DNA of 64,000 nucleotides from an uncultured archaeon (GTDB lineage: Archaea; Altiarchaeota; Altiarchaeia; IMC4; SCGC-AAA252-I15): the NCBI GenBank assembly GCA_902384455.1, contig CABMCB010000011.1, forward strand, positions 1 through 64,000, written 5' to 3'. This document shows positions 56,266 to 64,000 of this stretch, one piece after another (the first letter of the stretch is position 1; the number at the start of each line of letters is the position of its first letter). The position numbers and the translations under genes were made by a program. The notes beneath the pieces are model-generated. The model was not told the DNA's origin and ran no database searches. It was given only the letters and a program-made list of their open reading frames with translations.

Positions 56266-57861
56266 ATGGATAAGGCGGAGAAGTCTGTTGGAAAGCTTTC
56301 CGGCACTGTGAAATCGGGTTATTTTACCATCCGTCTTACGGATCCGTCTGTTGAACGCGGCGCGTACATTAAGGTGAAGCATGAAGTTTATGGGTGGGTT
56401 CTTGCGCGCATAGAGGCTATGCGCCGGTTTCTGGACGATTTCGACGACGAAGAGACGATGGCGGAAGCCCGCACCATAGGATACCGTGACGGAAGAAACA
56501 TTTATTTCCCCAAGACGCCTTTTAGGCCGGAAAGCGAGGTTTTCCGCGCAGACACTTCGCTGATTACTTCTGTATTGGGTTTGTCGCAATCTTCTGAGGG
56601 AAAGGGCATTTACATCGGTTTTTTGGAAGGCCACAGCATCCCTGTTTTCCTTGACGTTGAGAAGACTATAGGCAAGCACGTTTCCGTTCTGGCAAAGACG
56701 GGGGCGGGGAAAAGCTATACTGTCGCCGTAATTTTGGAGGAGCTTTTGAAGGCGAACGTCGCCGTAGTCGTTATTGACCCTCACGGGGAATACAGGACTC
56801 TGGGGGAGGAGAACGACGAGTATGATTTGATGATGAAGTACGGGGTTAAGGCGCATTCTTACGCCGACGTCCTGACTGAGTACGCCGTTAACACCACCAT
56901 TAACGAAGGCGCCAAGAAGATTGCGCTACCTTCAACGTTCGACCTTATGGAGTTGGCCGAGATTATGCCCATGAAGCTGGGCGACCGCCAGCAAAGCATA
57001 TTGTACAACGTTCTGAAGGATCTTGAAGGACGACAGTACACCCTCGAAGAGCTAATAAAAAGCGTTGGCGAAGAACCGAACCCTTCCGCATGGAAGGTGC
57101 TATCCGGCCTTGAAAGCTTAAGGGACAGCGGTTTGTTTGAGGGCAACCCGATTGACTATAAGGGTCTGGTGCAGCCGGGCAAAATCAGCCTCATCAATTT
57201 GCTGGGCAGTGACCCGCAGATTCAGCAGATTGTGGTGGCCAAAGTAGTCAAAGACCTCTTTGACTTGAGGCGCGAAGGCGCCATTCCGCCTTTGTTCTTC
57301 CTCATTGAGGAGGCCCACAACTTCTGCCCTGAGCGCGGGTTCGGCGACGTAGTGAGCTCAAGCATACTTAGGACTGCCGCGGCGGAAGGGCGCAAATTCG
57401 GTTTCAGACTGTGCATAGTAAGCCAGCGTCCCGCCAGAGTAGACAAAAACGTCTTGTCGCAGTGCAACACCCAAATTATCCTCAAGGTGACAAACCCCAA
57501 CGACCTTAGGGCCATAAGCCAAAGCATAGAGGGGTTCACCGCAGGGATGGAAAACGACATAAAACAGCTTGCCGTCGGACACGCCCTAATTGTGGGGGAA
57601 AGCGTCGAGCAGCCGCTCATCGTTGACGTCCGCGTGAGAGAAACCCGCCATAAGGCCGGAAGCGCAGTCAAGAAGCCTAGGCCGCAGGAGACTAAGCCGC
57701 CTCTTGAGAGGCTGCAGCGTAAGCCTAGGAGGAGGCGGAATCCTTTTTGGGATTGGATTTTGCGGCTTTTCATCAGGGAAAAGAAGCCGCAGTCCAAGAG
57801 GAAGGCGGTTAAGCAGGAGAAGAGTGGGGATAAGCCGGCTGAAGATGACGTTTCGCCTTGA
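56266..57861 (+). CDS. HerA/FtsK/VirB4-superfamily ATPase (HerA-like)
   Basis: HAS-barrel-like N-terminus, H..VLAKTGAGKS, IDPHGEY, IEEAHNF, EGRKFG, SQRPA. Confidence 0.88.
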   Translation: MDKAEKSVGKLSGTVKSGYFTIRLTDPSVERGAYIKVKHEVYGWVLARIEAMRRFLDDFDDEETMAEARTIGYRDGRNIYFPKTPFRPESEVFRADTSLITSVLGLSQSSEGKGIYIGFLEGHSIPVFLDVEKTIGKHVSVLAKTGAGKSYTVAVILEELLKANVAVVVIDPHGEYRTLGEENDEYDLMMKYGVKAHSYADVLTEYAVNTTINEGAKKIALPSTFDLMELAEIMPMKLGDRQQSILYNVLKDLEGRQYTLEELIKSVGEEPNPSAWKVLSGLESLRDSGLFEGNPIDYKGLVQPGKISLINLLGSDPQIQQIVVAKVVKDLFDLRREGAIPPLFFLIEEAHNFCPERGFGDVVSSSILRTAAAEGRKFGFRLCIVSQRPARVDKNVLSQCNTQIILKVTNPNDLRAISQSIEGFTAGMENDIKQLAVGHALIVGESVEQPLIVDVRVRETRHKAGSAVKKPRPQETKPPLERLQRKPRRRRNPFWDWILRLFIREKKPQSKRKAVKQEKSGDKPAEDDVSP

Positions 57862-57874
57862 GGGGTTTGGAGGT

Positions 57875-58414
57875 TTAGATTCCTGATTTGAATATGTCTT
57901 TGCTTGGGCTTTCGGAGTAGGGGCCGGTTATTACGCCTTCTGAGCGCTTTTTTTCTTGGCCTTCAACGTATTCTACGAGTATTTTGACTTCGAACAGCTC
58001 TTTTCTATTGTCTACTGATGGGTGGCGTTCTGTTGCTGTTAGTCCTGTTGTGGTGAGTTTTACTGTGTATTGCGGCGGCACTTTTTTGTCCGGCAGTATT
58101 GAGTCTGCGCGCCGGACTATGTCTTCGGCTAGGTTTGTGAATTCGACTTTTTGTATGGTCAGAGGGTTTTTAGTTTCGTTTTTGAATGAGACGTAGAAGT
58201 ATCCGTCTGTCGCCATTATTGTGGATGAGGCGCTGGGGGTTAGGCCGCCGGTGAATCCTTTTTTTGCGGCTAGGAATATTTCTGCGTCGGCGTATTTTGG
58301 TTTGTATGTTTTTTTGCGCATTAGTTGTTTTGCGGGTATTTCGTAGAAGAATCTCATGAATCTGGCTGTTTTGGAGATGTCTTGTTGTTTTTTTGGGGGT
58401 TTTTTATTTTCCAT
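57875..58414 (-). CDS. Hypothetical beta-sandwich protein, possibly pilin-globular-domain-like
   Basis: DG.FYVSFKN...LTI, V.I.V.Y, G.ITGPY pattern; no hydrophobic leader. Confidence 0.45.
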   Translation of the reverse strand: MENKKPPKKQQDISKTARFMRFFYEIPAKQLMRKKTYKPKYADAEIFLAAKKGFTGGLTPSASSTIMATDGYFYVSFKNETKNPLTIQKVEFTNLAEDIVRRADSILPDKKVPPQYTVKLTTTGLTATERHPSVDNRKELFEVKILVEYVEGQEKKRSEGVITGPYSESPSKDIFKSGI

Positions 58415-58419
58415 CCTTT

Positions 58420-58974
58420 TTAGACTTTGGGTGTTATTATGGTTCCGTTTTCGTCTCCTACTTTCTCGGTTGAGCCTGTGGTGTATAGGAAGGCGGTGCT
58501 TGCTGCGACTATTGCGTCTAGTTCGTCTTTGGTTAGGAAGCGTGTTGTTATGTCTCCGCCTATGTTTAGGTTCATCAGGTTTTTCTGGTAGCGCAGGTCG
58601 TTTTTGTCTGCCGCCACTCCGAGTATTTTGGCTGACGTTTTTACTGAGATTTCTATTACTTCGGCTGTTTGGCGTAGTTTTTCGGCAAGGTTTGTTCCTC
58701 GTTTAGCGAGTATTTCCATTCCGGGCAGTGTCGGCGACAGGACGCCGTATCCCGCAAGTAGTTCGTCGCAGCGTCTGATTGAGCCTTTGTAGGTGAGGGG
58801 TGAGTCTATGGCTATGACTTGGGGTTGGGCTTCTAGTATGTGCTGTATTATTTCTTCGTCTGTCTTCAGAAGGCGGACTGAAACCTCTTTCTTGTCTGAC
58901 TCGTCTACTGTTAGAACGCAGAATCCCGTGTCGTTGCGTTGGCTTCCGGCCAAATCCACGCCAACGACCTTCAT
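58420..58974 (-). CDS. DUF429 family (RNase H-like predicted nuclease)
   Basis: VGVDLAG, IAIDSPL, R.CD..L, DELDA. Confidence 0.8.
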   Translation of the reverse strand: MKVVGVDLAGSQRNDTGFCVLTVDESDKKEVSVRLLKTDEEIIQHILEAQPQVIAIDSPLTYKGSIRRCDELLAGYGVLSPTLPGMEILAKRGTNLAEKLRQTAEVIEISVKTSAKILGVAADKNDLRYQKNLMNLNIGGDITTRFLTKDELDAIVAASTAFLYTTGSTEKVGDENGTIITPKV

Positions 58975-58983
58975 GGGCAGAGT

Positions 58984-59253
58984 CTACTTTGGTTTTTCCT
59001 TGGAAGCGGGCTTTCCTTCAGGTTTGTCCTTGGTGGGTTCCTTCTTTTTCGCTTCCTTTTTTGGCGCCTGCTTAGCTGCCTTTTGGGGTTTGAGTTCGGC
59101 GTTGGCTATGAATTCTGTGTAACCGCATTTTCCGCATGCGTTTCTGTTGCCGTGTGAAGCCAGGAATATGCCTGGACCGCATTTTGGGCAGTTTTTAAGG
59201 TTTCTTGTGATTGTGGTTCCGGAAACGGCGTAGTTGGACCAGCGTTTGCTCAT
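58984..59253 (-). CDS. rps27ae: 30S ribosomal protein S27ae
   Basis: CPKCGPGIFLA.H..R.ACGKCGYTEF. Confidence 0.95.
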   Translation of the reverse strand: MSKRWSNYAVSGTTITRNLKNCPKCGPGIFLASHGNRNACGKCGYTEFIANAELKPQKAAKQAPKKEAKKKEPTKDKPEGKPASKEKPK

Positions 59254-59272
59254 GTTGTTTTCCTCTGTTTGT

Positions 59273-59602
59273 TTATTTCTTTTCTTCGGCTGGTGCGGGA
59301 GCGGCTGCTTCAGCCTTCTTTTCGTCGGCCACCAGAAGGTTTCTCTTTAGTTTGTGGAGTGGTTCGACGCCCATTGCCTCCTTGTTTTCGTAGACTTTGG
59401 CGTATCCTTTGGCGGAGTTTTTTCCGAATTCGTTGTCTACGCGGTCGAGAACCAGCAGTTCGGCTTTGGCGTGTAGGAGTTTTACGAGTTCCTCGCGTAT
59501 GTCCTTTCGGCTGGGTGTTGCTCCTGCATAGGAGACGCTGAATTTGACCTCTCTTCTTTTCAGAAGGGGGTTTGCACGTTCTGAAACTACTTCAATCTTC
59601 AT
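59273..59602 (-). CDS. rps24e: 30S ribosomal protein S24e
   Basis: NPLLKRREV, TPSR, FG....GYAKVY. Confidence 0.95.
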   Translation of the reverse strand: MKIEVVSERANPLLKRREVKFSVSYAGATPSRKDIREELVKLLHAKAELLVLDRVDNEFGKNSAKGYAKVYENKEAMGVEPLHKLKRNLLVADEKKAEAAAPAPAEEKK

Positions 59603-60083
59603 CTTCCATCGAACCTATAATTTTAGCTACTTTCCCTTTAATAAGGTTGTTTACGTTGACGACGACCAGTCCGCCGTCCGGTTGGCCGTATAATACGACG
59701 TATCCTAGTGGCGCTTCTGCTATTGCGGGGAGCGTCAGCAGGTCTTCTTCGCCGTCCACGAATATGCGCGTGGTTTCTTTTTTTGCGTATGCTTCTTTGA
59801 ATGTGGCAAATGCTTCTTGTGTTATTGTGCCTGCGGGGTTTGTGATGTTTACTGCTTTTGAGCCGTATGTTTCCAGGAGGGTGTTTTTAGGCAGTGTTTT
59901 GCGTTTTGTCTTGCGGTCGTATACTATGATTTGCGGTCTGTATCCGCCTTCGAGGACGGATATTGCTGCGCAGTCGCCTACGCACACGAGGGTTTTGCCT
60001 GCAAGTGGCGCTTCCTCTACGTCGGATACCACTGCCCCCAAGGGTTGCTTGAGTTCTGCGCGCAGGTTGGGCGTCAGCCTCAA
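59592..60083 (-). CDS. GTP-dependent dephospho-CoA kinase (DUF359)
   Basis: LKQPLG, VGD, D.KTKR, NPAG.I, DGEEDLL.LP, YGQP. Confidence 0.9.
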   Translation of the reverse strand: MRLTPNLRAELKQPLGAVVSDVEEAPLAGKTLVCVGDCAAISVLEGGYRPQIIVYDRKTKRKTLPKNTLLETYGSKAVNITNPAGTITQEAFATFKEAYAKKETTRIFVDGEEDLLTLPAIAEAPLGYVVLYGQPDGGLVVVNVNNLIKGKVAKIIGSMEDED

Positions 60084-60266
60084 TTACCTCACCTTCAGGG
60101 CGTATTGGCCGTCTTCTTTTATGCTGACTTTGTTGGCTATCTTGCTTTCTTTGGCGTCTAGTACGCCGAGGTAGCCGCTCCAGTATTGTGTTGTGGCTCC
60201 GCCGCAGTGCGGGCAGGCGGTTGCTTCGTCGTCCGCTAGGCGTTTGCATACTTTGCAGGCGTTCAT
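60084..60266 (-). CDS. spt4: Transcription elongation factor Spt4 (RpoE2)
   Basis: ACKVC...CPHCG..W.G...S.IA...G.YALKVR. Confidence 0.95.
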   Translation of the reverse strand: MNACKVCKRLADDEATACPHCGGATTQYWSGYLGVLDAKESKIANKVSIKEDGQYALKVR

Positions 60267-60892
60267 TTCTTGTCCTCCTTTTTGTCGTCTTTCTTGCCTT
60301 TCGGCTTTGATTCCTTCTTTGCGGCTTCGGGTTTTTTGCCTTCTTTCTGAGCGGTCTTTTCGGCTTCAATCCACTCTAGCTTGCCGAGGTAAGGTTGCCT
60401 CATAGTCAACCCGATTTTGCTTGTGCTTATGCGGTCTTTGAGGCTTATTGTGACTATGCGGGCGCGCACGACGTCGCCTACTTTGAGGCTGCGGCCGCTT
60501 TCTTTGCCCAAAAACATCTGGTTGTTTTGGTCGTAGCTCATGAAGTCTTCGGTTATTTGGCTGACGTGTATTAGGCCGTCTACTGGGCCGAAGTTTACGA
60601 ATGCTCCGAATTCTGTGATTTCGCTTACTGTTCCTTCGACTACTTCGTGTAGCATGGGTTGGTAGACGAGTATGTCGAATAGTGTGCTGAAGTATACTGC
60701 TCCGTCTCCTTGGATTATTTTTCCTTCGGATTTGATTTCGGCGTTGTCTACGGCTAGTATTAGGCCGAGCGCTTTGTCTACTCTGCCGGGAAGTAAATCG
60801 CCGAGTTCTGATACTACGGCTGAGTTTAGGTCTTCGCCGAATCTGTTTGGCGGTACTCGTACGGTGTCCTGTACTTTGACTATCTTGTACAT
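60263..60892 (-). CDS. rpo7: RNA polymerase subunit Rpo7 (E')
   Basis: DTVRVPP..FG, GDGA, EFGAFV..GP.DGL.H.SQ, KIGLTMRQPYLGKLEW. Confidence 0.96.
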   Translation of the reverse strand: MYKIVKVQDTVRVPPNRFGEDLNSAVVSELGDLLPGRVDKALGLILAVDNAEIKSEGKIIQGDGAVYFSTLFDILVYQPMLHEVVEGTVSEITEFGAFVNFGPVDGLIHVSQITEDFMSYDQNNQMFLGKESGRSLKVGDVVRARIVTISLKDRISTSKIGLTMRQPYLGKLEWIEAEKTAQKEGKKPEAAKKESKPKGKKDDKKEDKK

Positions 60893-61155
60893 GTTGTTTT
60901 TTCCTCCTGTATCCTTAGGGCGGCCTGCGTTTTCTGCTGGCGCTCTAATTCATGTTTTCCGCTGTGAGAGCGGGTTGGAATAGTATGCGCGTTTCCTGTT
61001 TAAAAACGCTTTTGATATGGTTTTGTCGGGTGCTGTGTTTTTTGTCTTGCCGGATGAGGGTACGACTGTTTCTCTTCTTGTGCCTAAGGCGGTAGTGGGG
61101 CAGTAGGTTTTTAATCCACCCCATACAATAGTTCACCCTGAAATCGGGGTTTAAG

Positions 61156-62160
61156 ATGGTTGGTTTAAGGTTAAGTCGTAACTGGATATTGACGGCTGCT
61201 GCGGTACTCGCATTCCTATTTGTTTTTTCCACTCCGCTTCTTGCGGGAAACATGCACATCCAAAGCCAGTTTAGCAACTTAAGCAACGCCTGCCACGGCG
61301 GAGATGTCGCTGAGCCGGCCTGCAACGGCATAAACGCTACGCTTCCGCGAGGCAGTCTTCCTCCGGGAGTTCAAGTTGAGTGCAGGTGGAACGCATCCGA
61401 CAGCCCGCACCGCTGCACAGCCTTAGTAGTAAGAAACATGAGCGACGTAATCGCTGCGATGTCAAACAACTACCCCGTCGTAAACATCACATTCAACCAA
61501 AACGGCGCAGAAAGAGAAAACATAATCATCTACGCAGACCACTTCGTCCCGCACCTGCAGGTAGTCAACCTGAACACGAGCGTATTTCCCTGGCCGGGCA
61601 GAGGCCTGATGATGATTGTTGTCACAGACATGAACGACACAGCAGCCCCGCTTTTTAACGTCAGCGAAATAGACCCCAGCAAAATGGGCGGCGGAGACTT
61701 GCAGGAGATAGAGAACATAACAAACCAGACTAACGTCACGCTGGGATTCGGATTTGGTCCTGACATGACGGCTCTTAAGGCGTTTGAGACTTTCACGTGG
61801 AATCTTACTATGCCTTTTGACGCCAACGGAAGCTTAATCACAGTTGTCGCCTGCAACGGAACGATGAATGAAAGCGCTTGCCTGCAAAACGCCTACGGAG
61901 GAGGGAACTGGTATGCTCTCTCTAACTGCTCAACTTGCGGCAGTTGCCCGACGGGAAGCTTCATGCAAGACTGCCCGGTAAACGGCACACTCACAATGTA
62001 CGGCGCAGACCCAACACCAGTATATGAGGTTCAGGCAGAGACAACTACGACAACTACAACGACGACAACCACCACGACAACCACGACTACGACAACAATA
62101 GACGTAAATCAAGCCCTATTTTCAGGCTGGAACTTAATCAGCGCCCCGCTGAACATCTAA
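61156..62160 (+). CDS. Secreted glycoprotein with 19-Thr tract and terminal GWNLISAPLNI motif
   Basis: Signal peptide, many NxS/T sequons and Cys, poly-Thr, no C-terminal TM. Confidence 0.65.
   Translation: MVGLRLSRNWILTAAAVLAFLFVFSTPLLAGNMHIQSQFSNLSNACHGGDVAEPACNGINATLPRGSLPPGVQVECRWNASDSPHRCTALVVRNMSDVIAAMSNNYPVVNITFNQNGAERENIIIYADHFVPHLQVVNLNTSVFPWPGRGLMMIVVTDMNDTAAPLFNVSEIDPSKMGGGDLQEIENITNQTNVTLGFGFGPDMTALKAFETFTWNLTMPFDANGSLITVVACNGTMNESACLQNAYGGGNWYALSNCSTCGSCPTGSFMQDCPVNGTLTMYGADPTPVYEVQAETTTTTTTTTTTTTTTTTTTIDVNQALFSGWNLISAPLNI
62041..62097 (+). repeat. ACN codon tract encoding 19 consecutive Thr
   Basis: Mixed ACA/ACT/ACG/ACC codons. Confidence 0.85.
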
Positions 62161-62170
62161 GACCCCACAA

Positions 62171-62569
62171 CTAAATCCGAACGAGGGTGTCGCGGCCGCG
62201 CAGGCTTATTACGTAAGCTTTCGCTTCCCGCAGACGTTTCTTTAGCGCGCGGTCGTTTGTGCATATTATGCAGCCGGGGTGCGCGGAAGCGTATTTTATG
62301 AGGGCTTCGTCCACGGGGTGAGCGGCTTCTTCCACTTGTATTTTGTGGGCGTGCAGTAGTTTGATTGCTGTGCCTGCGGCGGCGCCTTTTTTGCCGTGGT
62401 CTTTTTCGGATAACGCCTTAAGTTCCTCTACGACGCATGAGAAGGTAATCATCCTGTGCGGCTCCGGAATCATGTGGATTAGCCGGTCGAATATGCGGAC
62501 TTTATGGGTTACAGGCAGAAGGAGAAAGTTGGTGTCGAGGACGACCGGGGTAACTGATTCCCTGTTCAC
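62171..62569 (-). CDS. PIN-domain protein (Fcf1/Utp24-like)
   Basis: VVLDTNFLL, EEL, VD..L, CTND..LK; conserved position after aIF2gamma. Confidence 0.88.
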   Translation of the reverse strand: MNRESVTPVVLDTNFLLLPVTHKVRIFDRLIHMIPEPHRMITFSCVVEELKALSEKDHGKKGAAAGTAIKLLHAHKIQVEEAAHPVDEALIKYASAHPGCIICTNDRALKKRLREAKAYVISLRGRDTLVRI

Positions 62570-62579
62570 CTTGACGTAA

Positions 62580-63785
62580 CTATTTTATTATGCCGTAGCC
62601 GATTAGATGCCAGCGGGCTTGGTAACGGCGCGACAAAGCCACCTTATGGCCCTTGTCTGCGCATATTGGGAGCTTGAGGTCCATCTGCCCTTTCTTTGGT
62701 TCTGTGACTACGCCGAGCGTCACTGCGCTTCCGGCGGAAATCATCAGGGGCTCTCCTTTAAGTAGGGGTTTGACTGGCTCGTTAGTCTGGCTTCCCTTCA
62801 GCTTCTCGAACAGGTGGACTTCAAGGGATAGTTTGTTGAGTACTTCAGGCAGTTTTCCGGGGTGGCCTATTACGTTTCCGGAGAGGTTGTCTGATTTGGT
62901 GATGCTGGGGTCGAGGTTTGTGCCGAAGGCGAGTAGGCCGCCGGGTGTTGCTTCGTCTATTTTTTGGCCGCCTGCGTTTATGCTGATTATTTCTGTGATT
63001 ATGGGTTGGTATGCGTTTTTCTTTCTTACTCCGGGCCGTAGTTCTATTTGGTCTCCTACTCTGAATCGGCCTTGTACTACGCTTCCTCCTACTACTCCTC
63101 CGACTAGTGTGTCTATGGCGTGTCCTGGCCGGTTTACGTCTAAGCTTCTTGCGACGTATAGTAGTGGTTGTTTTTTGAGGTCGCGGTGTGGTGTGGGTAT
63201 TGTTTGTTGTATTGCTTGTATTAGTGCGTCTATGTTTGCTCCGTAGTGGGCTGCGATTGGTATTATTGGCGCGTTTTCGGCGCATGATCCTTTGACGAAT
63301 GCTTTTATTTCGTCGTAGTTTTTCTTTGCCTGTTCTTTGGTTACGAGGTCGACTTTGTTTTGGGCTATGACTACGTTTCGTACGTCTAGGCTGTCTAATG
63401 CGATTAGGTGTTCGGCTGTTTGGGGTTGGGGGCATGTTTCGTTTGCGGCGATGACTAGTACTGCGCCGTCCATCATGCATGCGCCGGATAGCATCGTCGC
63501 CATGAGGGTTTCGTGTCCGGGTGCGTCTACGAAGCTGACGCGGCGTAGGACTTCGGTTTTTTTGCCGTTTTCGCATTCGGGTTTGCAGACGTAGCAGTCG
63601 GGTTCTGGTGTGTCGGAGCACTTGTAGAATGTGGTGTCGGCGTATCCGAGTCGGATGCTTATGCCCCGTTTTATCTCTTCGCTGTGGCGGTCAGTCCAGA
63701 CACCGGACAGAGCCTTGGTTAGGGTTGTTTTTCCGTGGTCTACGTGGCCGACCAACCCTACGTTGACTTCTGGCTGACTGCTCAT
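62580..63785 (-). CDS. eif2g: Translation initiation factor 2 gamma subunit
   Basis: GHVDHGKTT, RGISIRLGY, DAPGHE, QNKVD, W.LIGYG. Confidence 0.97.
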   Translation of the reverse strand: MSSQPEVNVGLVGHVDHGKTTLTKALSGVWTDRHSEEIKRGISIRLGYADTTFYKCSDTPEPDCYVCKPECENGKKTEVLRRVSFVDAPGHETLMATMLSGACMMDGAVLVIAANETCPQPQTAEHLIALDSLDVRNVVIAQNKVDLVTKEQAKKNYDEIKAFVKGSCAENAPIIPIAAHYGANIDALIQAIQQTIPTPHRDLKKQPLLYVARSLDVNRPGHAIDTLVGGVVGGSVVQGRFRVGDQIELRPGVRKKNAYQPIITEIISINAGGQKIDEATPGGLLAFGTNLDPSITKSDNLSGNVIGHPGKLPEVLNKLSLEVHLFEKLKGSQTNEPVKPLLKGEPLMISAGSAVTLGVVTEPKKGQMDLKLPICADKGHKVALSRRYQARWHLIGYGIIK

Positions 63786-63805
63786 GAGTTTTGTTGGAAT
63801 ATGGT

Positions 63806-64000
63806 TTATTCTTCTTTGGGAGCGGCGGCTTCTTTGGGTGCGCCCAGAAGCTCCTCGAGGGTTTTCTTTCCGGCTTTTACGACGATGGTGTTGACTTGGG
63901 TTATGTCTTCGTCTATTCTTTCTCCGCGAACCCTTTTGCGCGTGCGCACGACCCTTTTAGGGTTGTACCCAACGCCTGAGTCCATGAGGACTCGTGCGGC
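63806..64000 (-). CDS. rps6e: 30S ribosomal protein S6e, 3' part (truncated by window edge)
   Basis: Manual translation ..VLMDSGVGYNPKRVVRTRKRVRGERIDEDITQVNTIVVKAG..; syntenic upstream of aIF2gamma. Confidence 0.88.
   Translation of the reverse strand, partial: AARVLMDSGVGYNPKRVVRTRKRVRGERIDEDITQVNTIVVKAGKKTLEELLGAPKEAAAPKEE

Noticed and set aside
56218-56856. Long N-terminal extension of TrmJ in the 475-aa ORF
   Set aside because: Antisense to the HerA-like gene; TrmJ homology begins only after about 56217
62845-63621. 258-aa Arg/Thr-rich ORF
   Set aside because: Alternate frame of aIF2gamma

Overview
Archaeal chromosomal window. Translation and transcription genes are archaeal (aIF2alpha/gamma, Rpo7, Spt4, L7Ae, S6e/S17e/S19e/S24e/S27ae/S28e, L24e/L40e, Nop10, aTrm56, FEN1, DHQ synthase II). 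The style suggests a DPANN-associated lineage such as Altiarchaeota, but that is inference. The window holds conserved housekeeping clusters, tRNA-Gly(GCC), initiator tRNA-Met, and surface-glycosylation genes (GT-C/ArnT-like, GT2, GT4, Wzx flippase, SMR/EamA pair, HddA-like kinase, AglH). The most notable content is a dispersed set of genes that together resemble a chromosomal T4SS/Ced-like cell-contact or DNA-transfer apparatus: (i) a 2629-aa Cys-rich membrane-anchored surface protein coupled to a VirB6/TrbL/CedA-like protein with a HhH-like tail; (ii) four tandem VirB2/TrbC-like pilins with a conserved Cys pair near a HerA/VirB4-superfamily ATPase; (iii) a membrane-anchored protein with lytic-transglycosylase (SLT) motifs, unexpected in an archaeon. 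Other observations: Cys-free L24e and Nop10, a K-turn over the L7Ae SD, a degenerate solo Cas4-like gene, a relic copy of a GWNLI C-terminal motif, and kb-scale switches in strand composition. All calls come from reading motifs by eye; no database searches were run.
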